A stretch of 52,165 nt of DNA. Source: Saprolegnia diclina VS20 (lineage: Eukaryota). The stretch is from positions 529,762 through 581,926 of the forward strand of contig NW_008246105.1 of the NCBI RefSeq assembly GCF_000281045.1, written 5' to 3'. This document shows positions 44,126 to 52,165 of the stretch, piece by piece (position 1 is the first letter of the stretch; each line of letters opens with the position of its first letter). The position numbers and the translations under genes were made by a program. The notes below the pieces were generated by a model. The model was not told the origin of the DNA. It saw only the letters and a program-made list of their open reading frames with translations, and ran no database searches.

Positions 44126-46351
44126 TCAGTGCATATCTTGCGTCAGCGGCACGTAGCCGTCCTCCATGGAGATGGCCGACGGCGCTTCCTTCTTGGACGC
44201 GGAGACGGCGACGATGGCTGCAAGAGCGCCAACCATGGCCACAGCGACCAAGAGCAGCGCCGCGTTCCCGGGTGCGTCGTAGACCGAGACAAACTTGTGC
44301 GCCGCCTTGGCCGAGCACTGGCGCGCCTTGTACGCAAAGACGGAGGCGTAGTCGTCGCCGTAGTGCGCTTCCTCATTGTTGCGGGGGCAATCCGCGCTGG
44401 CGCCGTTGCAAAAGTGGCTCGAGTCGCAGAGGTCCTCGGCCACGTGGCACAGCGTGTCCTTCTCGAATTTGTCGACGCACTTGCCGCTGCCGTCGCAGTA
44501 GTCGACGCCGTCGCACGCGTGGTCGGACGACTCCCCGATCGGCGTGCATTCGGTCGTTCGCGGTGCAAACTTGTCGCGGGGGCATTTTCCGTTGTAGCCC
44601 GTGCAGAATTCCGGCACGTCGCAAATATCACACGCTTCGCGGCAGACAACGTCGCTGCCGAGGAAGGTTTCGACGCAGCTTCCGCGTCCGTCGCAAACAT
44701 CGACGCCGTCGCAAGCGCCACCACTCGACTTGCCAATCTGCGTGCAGACCTTGCCCACGGGCGCGAGGGCGTCGTCGGGGCAGACGCCGCATTCGCCCGG
44801 GCAATACTCGGGCTCGTCGCAAACGTCGACTTGCCGGCGGCAGAGATGGCTCGTGCCTTTGAAGTGGTCAACGCACTTGCCGTGACCGTTGCAGCGATCA
44901 ATGTCGTCGCACGCGCCGCCCGACGACGAGCCAATCGACGTACAAATGGTTCTCTTGGACGCAAAGCTGTTGCTGGGGCAGTCGCCGCTGACGCCGGTGC
45001 ATGTTTCTGCCACGTCACAGACGTCGACAGCGCGGCGGCAAACGTGCTTGGTGGGCTGGTACTTGTCCACGCAGTGTCCATTGCCGTCGCAATAGTCGGG
45101 TGCGTCGCACGGGCCGCCCGTGGACTTGCCCATCTTGGTGCAGACTTTGGTCGTCGGCGCAAACTCGTCGCCGGGACACTTGCTGTGGTCACCACTGCAG
45201 TACTCGGCCTCGTCGCAGAGGTTGCGAGCTCCGCGACAGACCGAGTTTTGGTCCTTGTAGCCGTTGAGGCACTTGCCTTCGCCGTCGCAGTAGTCCTTCT
45301 CGTCGGCATCGCACTCGCCGCCGTTGTCGCAACTCTGGCTCGGGCAGAGCGTACCGCGCGGCAGCTGCGTGTACGTGCACTTGCCGTTAAGAAAGTCCGA
45401 AATCTCGTGGCACGGAACCTCGGGGCACCCGTCTTCGTCGGCAATCGTCACCGAGTCGATCGAGTCCTCTTGGTAATGGTTGTGCTCGACGTGCGCCGGT
45501 CGATAACGAGACTCTTCGTCGTATTTGCCATGGCTTGGAGGCACGTACGGTTTGTCTTCGCTCGCATCGACATCATCGTACACGTCGATCGACTCATCGG
45601 GGTACGTCGGGTCGTAGCTGCCGGGTGGCTTGTATCCGGCCTGGTCATCGTTCACTTTGCCCTCCTACGACAGTTTGATCGAGTCCATGTCCGTTTTCTT
45701 GTCACTGACCTTGGCCTCTTGAGCCTTCTTGGTCTCCTCTAGAGCCTCTTTGGCCTCCTCCTGAGCCTTCTTGGCCACCACTTGAGCCTTCTTGGCGTCG
45801 TCTGCAGCCGCCTTGGCGTCGTCTGCGACCTTCTTGGCGTCGTCTGCGACCTTCTTGGCGTCGTCTGCAGCCGTCTTGGCGTCGTCTGCGACCTTCTTGG
45901 CGTTGTCAGCGACCTTCTTGGCGTCGTCTGCAGCCGTCTTGGCGTCGTCTGCGACCTTCTTGGCAGCGTCTGCAGCCGTCTTGAGAGCTTCTGCCTTCTT
46001 GGCCGCATCTTCAACGGCATCTGCAGCCTTTTTGGCGTCGTCTGCAGCCTTTTTGGCGTCGTCTGCAGCCGTCTTGGCCTTGTCATACTTCTTTGCAGCC
46101 TTCTCAGCCTTCTCAGCAGCCTTCTCAGCCTTCTCAGTAGCCTTCTCAGCGTTCTTGGTCGCTTCATCAACCTGGTATGCCTGTCCACCTGCCTCTGCAG
46201 CGTCAGGCAGATAATTTGAAGCCAAGAGGAGAGCGGGGGACGTAGCGGTTGTCTCCTTGGTGACCATCGACACGACAGATGCCATCCCCTCGTGAGCGTT
46301 GGCATGGGCGGCAATGGCCACGGCGAGGCATACTCCGAAGCGAAGCTTCAT
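44126..46351 (-). CDS. Type I membrane protein: signal peptide, heptad-repeat coiled coil, acidic linker, disintegrin-like Cys repeats, TM and short tail (2 exons)
   Basis: Signal peptide MKLRFGVCLAVAIAAHANA and (DDAKK(A/V)A)n repeats. A 45-nt phase-0 intron (GTCAGT...TCGTAG, 45709-45665) joins the two ORFs. Five C(R/H)xxxxxCDxxxxCxGxxxxCP motifs; TM ALLLVAVAMVGALAAIVAV. Confidence 0.8.
45785..46150. repeat. Coding 21-nt minisatellite encoding AKK(A/V)ADD and AEKA heptads
   Basis: CTTGGCGTCGTCTGC(AG/GA)CC recurs at 21-nt spacing across about 45790-46075, followed by GCCTTCTCA repeats to about 46150. Confidence 0.9.
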
Positions 46352-47098
46352 CCTTGGCGGGCAAATCGAAATTTGAAAAGACACAGAGGTGCCTGGTCAA
46401 AACTTCGCAGCCAATCACAGCACGCGACGCCTCATTTGCACCAATGAGATTCCAGACCTTTCGTAAAAGGTCGCATGAAACCCCTGGGTGAAAGATACGA
46501 TTTTTCCCGCGCCTTTTGCAAGCACGTGCGTGTCGTGTGGGGCATCAGCTTTCCAAAGCCGTCAATACGTCCAACCATTTCACGGACTTAGCATGTGATT
46601 GTACTGCTCACTATCTAAAGACTGCTGCTGAAAGATAGTCCTACTGCAATAAGAACTCGTTGCCGTGCTCGGGCCACCTACCGGCTCCTACCGGCTGTCT
46701 TGAGTACCACATCGGCGTCGGAGATGTTCCATTTGAGAGCTTCAGTGCAGCACGCGGCCCGCAGTGCCGACCGATCACGATTGCAGAAACGCACGCGAGA
46801 AATCCATCCGTTGCCAGTGTGCTGCCCTTGATCGGGCGTTCGGGCGCCTCATCCCGTGCAATTATCACGTCTCATTCAGAAGTTTTTCACTACAGATCAT
46901 GCACAAATATAAAGTGAGAGTAATGTTCTCTGAGGTGTGAAAAGTGGTTTTTGTGCGATTGCACTCCTGTGGATCGAACTCGTCGGGTATCTTGACGTCC
47001 TCATCCAAATACACACATCCTAACACAAGCGCGCAGCGGCAACAAGCGCCGAATTGCGTGCTGCTTATGTTGGGACGTCAGTTCTACCAGGTCCGAAT

Positions 47099-47115
47099 GC
47101 TCATTATCTAATTTC
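47099..47115 (+). promoter_or_regulatory. Oomycete core-promoter INR+FPR-like element
   Basis: GCTCATTATCTAATTTC about 30 nt before the ATG at 47131. It resembles the oomycete initiator consensus GCTCATTYYNCAWTTT and is conserved in the paralogue. Confidence 0.55.
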
Positions 47116-47130
47116 ACTTCTCCAAGAACC

Positions 47131-47636
47131 ATGAAGACCATCGCTATCCTCGCTTCGCTCACCATTGCCGCTGCTGCAACGATTTCCGACTGCACCTCGA
47201 GCAACCTCGCTGGCCTCACCGCGCTCGGCACTAACGCCACGAGCCCGTTTCCTCTCTGCGCTAAGGCCATCAACATCAACGCCGCCAAGCTTGCCAACCC
47301 GTCGTGGCAGCCGGACGATCTGTCGGTCCTCGACGCCTTCTACAAGGCGCCTGCGTTAAAGACATATTCGCAGCGTTCGCAGAAGCGCTCGAGAAGATCA
47401 CCCTTCGTGCAACCTCGCCAAGGGAGCTAAGCTCTCAACGGCAGACCTCGTGACGCTCTCTTGTGACGACTACGTCGCTGCTGCCAAGGTGGGCTACGCC
47501 GCTTAGAACAACAGCACGACAGCGGCTCCTCCAAGCCGACGACGGCGGCTCCTACGACCAACCTAGTTCGGCGATGCTGACGACCGGGGTGACTACATTG
47601 GTGCTGACGACCGTCGCGGTCGCTCTTGCTATATAA
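47131..47636 (+). pseudogene. Frameshifted paralogue of the elicitin-like GPI protein at 47949-48506
   Basis: Identical start MKTIAILASL; it aligns to the intact copy through LDAFYKAP. The third Cys is lost, then frameshifts occur, and CNLAKG.. and the GPI-type tail SSAMLTTGVTTLVLTTVAVALAI* continue in other frames. Confidence 0.75.
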
Positions 47637-47948
47637 ACTGCGCTGCCAGTTACAGTTTTCTATGCATCGTGGCAGTTTTGCTTGATTTTTAAGGGTAATA
47701 CACACATTGCTACGGACACAGAATCCTAGCTCATGGTACGAGATTGAGTTACTGGGCCTGCAGAGGCTTTGGAGTACACGTACTGCGTGATGACACACTT
47801 GGTCGAAACGCGCACTTGTGCGGATAGATGCATAGTGGCGCAAAACCCTCTCGTACGCAAAGAATTATACTCGTCGACTGCACGTTTGAATTAGAACAAA
47901 ATCTCTACTGCTAATGACTACCAGTAGGCTCGGTATTGCGCAAGGAGT

Positions 47949-48506
47949 TTACATCAAAGCGGCCACAGTCATCGTGAGCGCAAGTGCAGCCACACCCGAC
48001 GTTGCCATCGCCGAGCTGGGCTTGGTGGTAGGAGCCGCCGTGGTGGGGGCCGAGGTCGCAGGCTTGGCAGGAGCCGTCGTCGCGTCGGACGCGGGCTTGG
48101 TCGTCGCGTCGGAGGCAGGCTTGGTAGTGCTGGCAGTAAGGAGAGCCTTCGACGCCGTGATAAAGTCTTCGAAGGACATGGCGCCAACGGCCGCCGTTGA
48201 CACCTCCATACCCTTGGCAAGGTTGCACGGGGGGTTAACCTTCTTGAGCTCAGCGGCAAGCGCCGTGATGTAGGTCTTGCACTCGGGCGCCTTGTGGAAA
48301 GCCTCGAGCACCGTCTCATCAGCCGGGTGCCACATCGGGTCGGCGAGCTTGGCGGCGTCGATGTGAATAGCCTTGGCGCACGGCGGAAGTGGGCCCGTCG
48401 CATTGGCCAGGAGAGCGCCGAGACCAGCGAGGTTGGCCGTAGTGCACTCGGGGAGGGTCGTGGCAGCGACGGCGGCGAGCGAAGCGAGGATAGCGATGGT
48501 CTTCAT
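47949..48506 (-). CDS. Secreted, probably GPI-anchored elicitin-like protein (4 Cys) with a Thr/Pro-rich stalk
   Basis: Signal peptide MKTIAILASLAAVAA, helical domain with PEC/PPC/PEC/PPC, TTKPASDA repeats, and a hydrophobic C-terminus after SSA. Confidence 0.78.
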   Translation of the reverse strand: MKTIAILASLAAVAATTLPECTTANLAGLGALLANATGPLPPCAKAIHIDAAKLADPMWHPADETVLEAFHKAPECKTYITALAAELKKVNPPCNLAKGMEVSTAAVGAMSFEDFITASKALLTASTTKPASDATTKPASDATTAPAKPATSAPTTAAPTTKPSSAMATSGVAALALTMTVAALM

Positions 48507-48522
48507 GATGTTTAGAGAAGTG

Positions 48523-48538
48523 AAATTAGAGAATGAGC
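48523..48538 (-). promoter_or_regulatory. Oomycete core-promoter INR+FPR-like element
   Basis: The minus strand reads GCTCATTCTCTAATTT about 30 nt before the ATG at 48506. Confidence 0.6.
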
Positions 48539-49009
48539 CTTGTGCGCAGAGCAAATTCAAATCCACACGCTACAAAACGACGCGGGTTGTGCTCACGTGC
48601 AGCTGCAGTGCACATGTGCAGATCGTGGTCTCGTCGTTACGCCGGTTCACGCGACTTGGGTGCGCCGACACTGCTCCGTTCGATCGGATGCCTGGCATCG
48701 CTTGTCGCGAACCGCGCAGCACGCAAGCTCTGCCGAACCTCTGAAGTGGTGTGTGTTAGGTGTCGACCTCGTGCAATACCACACACAAAATCAGATGCAG
48801 CTGACACGTGAGCAGATAAACATATGGTGTGACAGATTCTCTCCACGAGCTTTGCGGCCAGTCTGCAGCATCAAGTTGCTACAAAGGGTGGCGTGTGATT
48901 GCTTTCTCAGGACGCTTCATGGAAACCGCTCAAAGGCATCACATGCGCTTGGACCAACGCGGCACCGAGACGCGATCAGCACCGTGCTTTGACGATTCGG
49001 CGGTGAGCC

Positions 49010-49012
<3 letters not shown>

Positions 49013-49047
<35 letters not shown>
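49013..49047. repeat. (TA)n microsatellite, about 17 units
   Basis: Perfect TA run read directly from the sequence. Confidence 0.97.
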
Positions 49048-49050
<3 letters not shown>

Positions 49051-49606
49051 CGTGTTCCGCGTTATCTTCATTATGACACAAAGACTTCGCATACGTAGCG
49101 CTACGCCTGAATGCGTGGGAGTTGGCTCCAGCACTTGGTCGTTGGGAGTGAGCTCCGTACGCAGCTCACTCACTATTTCTCTACAAAAGGCTCCACGTGC
49201 TGCTGCAAGCCGAACCGAGCCCGCTGCAAGCTGCAACATTTTGCTTCAACAACATATGTTATGGCGTCATGCATGTGTTTGATCAACACAGTCCTCTTCC
49301 ACCCACTTTCCAAAGCGTGAGCTTCTAGAGCGCCTCGACTTCACCGAGATCGCACACGGGGTGACTATCATCACTGGAAACGAAGCGGAGATGGGAAATA
49401 GTCGCGTGATAATTTGAAAACGAAACAAGCCGGCAATACGGGACGTTGGCTTGCCAGGTACTAGTACGCAAAGATCGCAGCGTCTTCATGCAGCATGCGA
49501 ATTGGCTTGGGTCTGCGTCGATGATCACCACGCTCGATTGGTGGTATCCGAAACGTGTTAAGCAGCGCCGCAGCCATCGAGCACCTGCACCAGCACCTTA
49601 GCGTAG

Positions 49607-51100
49607 GTGCATACATGCGCGCAAGAGGCTTGCGGAGCTGTCGCATCCGTATTGGTCATGGTTGCTGGCGTCGATGCAGCGCTGGTCGCAGCCATCGGTG
49701 CCGGAGCGGTAGAAATGCATTGCTTTGATGTTGGGCGTCTACGTGCTGTGAGGTATATAGTCGACGCGCCGAAACAAACGCTGACAGCGACAACCTCGAG
49801 CGTTTGTGCGAGGAGTACGACGATGGCCTCGACCGTGTCGCGCTCGTGGCGTCGTTTCGGAGCATCCGGATAATGGTACCGGACACCAGTAACTTGGCCA
49901 ATCGGCGATTTGCCGACGGGAACCACGCCGCCGCCGGCCCAGCAGTGGGCGCTACGCGCGCGCCGCGCTCGTCATCTCGCGGCGCAGAGCCCAATGGCGC
50001 ACAGCTCGAGCGCTTCACGCTTGACGTCCTGCTGCTTGCACATGGCAGCCAGCACCGAGATCGCTGGCCCGCAGCGACCTCTCGCCCGCAGCGAACCTCG
50101 CGCTCGCTTCAGATGCGATATGCGCTCAAGCTACCGGCCATTGCATCTTCTCTCGGCGGTCACACACAGTGGCCGCGCGCCCATGGTCCACGTCATGCTA
50201 CCTACACCGGACCTCGTTCTTCAAGGCGTCCACACAGCGCTGGCTCGCGTTTGGCACAAGGTACCACACATCTTTGACTCTACATGCGTCTCACAAAATG
50301 ACTAGATTCCGTCTTTGCCCGAGACACACGAGGTCGAGATTTTTGCGCTCTTTCCGCGCTTCTCGTGGTCTCGTACCACCTGCTCGTCGTGCACGGCGCG
50401 CGCAAGGACGCCTCTGCGAGCTCGTGGACGCGCCTCAAGGCCTGGTTCATGTCGACCTCGCGGCGTCGGCTGCAAAGGCGCTCAACGACAATGAGATGGT
50501 GCCGCCGGTGCCTTTTTTACACTGCGCCGGGTCTCACGGATGCGAGGCCAAGCTCTGCGCCGCTTGGCGCCTTGAACACGTGGGCGCGCAGTGTGCTCTT
50601 TTGTTGCTCTCGTGTTTGCCAGCAACGGCGAAGCTCTCGTCTTGAGCAACCTCATCTAGTCGCGTGTCGCGGCAATTGCCAACGTCTCGGACGACGAACC
50701 TCGACATTTTCTGCACGCCGAATGTCGCGCTGTACAAAGGCCAAGAAGTAGGCCGACGAAGTGCCTCGTCACCGCAGTCACGGCGCCAGACCGCCCACCG
50801 CGAACCTCTCAACTCGACAAGTCGCGCCGTGCCATCGTTGCGCAGAAAAGCGTCGTGTCCAATACACCCAAGACTCGATCCTCGCATTGCATCATTCTGC
50901 AAGCGCTCTCGGGCAAGAACGCCGAGAAGCAGACGATCGTCAGCTGCCTCGTCTCGACGCTTCAGGCAGGTACAGGCGCGGCGGCTACGAGCTGCCTCGG
51001 CGCGCTGATGGTCGACGGTATCGATCCTCATCTCGTCCTGCGCCAGCGACGACCTACACACACGACGTTCTTCAGCCCAAGGGTTCGCTCTATGACTACT
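49607..51100 (+). pseudogene. Possible decayed protein-coding gene (family unassigned)
   Basis: Coding-like GC-rich tract with Leu/Ala-rich protein-like fragments that switch frame repeatedly without convincing introns. Confidence 0.3.
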
Positions 51101-52165
51101 AGATGTGTGTATGTATCTGTGAATGTAACCCCGTGTAATTTATGCAGCTATCTCGACCCAAGTGTTGTGTGCCTCCGTCCGTTGGCGTTGGCATCTCGGT
51201 GACTTTTTTTGTTGGACCAGTTGGCTTTAAACTTGCGATCGAAGCGGCATTTGCTGTCGAATGGAGAGTGGCTCGGGCCTTATAAAGGACTAGTATTTGC
51301 GTCTGGTGGGACATGACTGCGCCGACGATGACGCTTGATGCGTTGACCAGCGCCTAGAAGCGCGCATTGGCCATCGAAAGTCGCCTCACGTGGCCGCCCA
51401 GCACAAAAGCTGCTAGCATCGACACCACCATAGCCGCTTCCTAGCTTTGTGTCTCCAATTGCGCAGTGTCGTGTGTCCTTAACCACCGTCCTTCTCGATG
51501 CTCGACACGAGCTTGTAGGCGGGAACTCGACAATGTCGACCGCAAGGCTGGGGCCTCACGCATTTCGTGGTCGGCGACGCCGGGTCTGCGACTGCGCACC
51601 AGCCCCGTAGCTCGTAGCGCACTCGACTTGCTTCCTCGGAGCTGCTCTTGGTGTCCACAGGCCGCGCCGCGACACGAACATCTTGGACGATGGCTGGACG
51701 CCATCTCTAGCGCCAAGGGCGCCAAGCTCTGTTTTGACCGCGATCTTAAGTAAATGCTTCTCATTGGTCCGATTTCAGGACATTTATAGCCTATCACAAG
51801 CCGCCAGTTGCGATCGACCGCCCAGCCCGACGCGCTCGCGTCGTGATATCGACATTCAAAATGGAATCGCCCATACTTTGCAGACGTATACACATCGGTC
51901 TGGAGAGCCCAACACACCAAGTCACGTCGCCGTTCGATGTCTACATCGAGAGAGATTCTCCGGCAACGATCCCATCGCATCCCATCACGGAAAAGTCGCC
52001 ACCAGAAAGCTCGATGTCATGACAGATCGCGACTGGGTGATCGCTTCCAACTTGATGCAACGATGCGCATCCAGTATTGCTTTACCCACGTCTTCATCAC
52101 CTTCATCACATCATGGTCAAGTTTATCGTCGCCGCCCTCGCGCTCGTCGCCAGCACTTTTGCGGC

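Noticed and set aside
45785..46150. CRISPR-like periodic repeat
   Set aside because: The units are contiguous 21-mers without unique spacers, inside a eukaryotic coding exon, with no cas genes.
51100..52165. Possible transposon or RNA gene at the right edge
   Set aside because: No transposase or RT motifs, terminal repeats or tRNA/rRNA structure were recognisable by eye.

Overview
This is eukaryotic, gene-dense, GC3-rich DNA with many very short (about 40-55 nt) spliceosomal introns. The gene families point to an oomycete, most likely a saprolegnialean water mould (Achlya/Saprolegnia-like); that assignment is an inference. I reconstructed about 20 genes by hand across introns: a partial coiled-coil gene, RRP8, AP-2 mu, an ankyrin-repeat TRPV-like channel, a 1721-aa internally duplicated membrane protein, an EF-hand/STE-type pseudokinase, a folate-biopterin (BT1) transporter, an EGF-repeat mastigoneme-like protein, a dual-specificity phosphatase, a P-loop GTPase-Myb gene, a GT71 mannosyltransferase, a secreted Ser/Gly-repeat protein, HOP2, four tandem LRR receptor-like kinases, a bZIP-like protein, UTP13/TBL3, a coiled-coil plus disintegrin-repeat surface protein, and an inverted pair of elicitin-like GPI proteins (one frameshifted). 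The most striking observation is at 20867-22667. An IRG/IIGP-like GTPase ORF overlaps a three-repeat Myb ORF out of frame, and a canonical 49-nt GT-AG intron joins them in frame. This predicts a single GTPase-3R-Myb-AT-hook transcription factor. I recognised no rRNA, tRNA, CRISPR array or intact transposon. Exon boundaries were read by eye and need RNA-seq confirmation.
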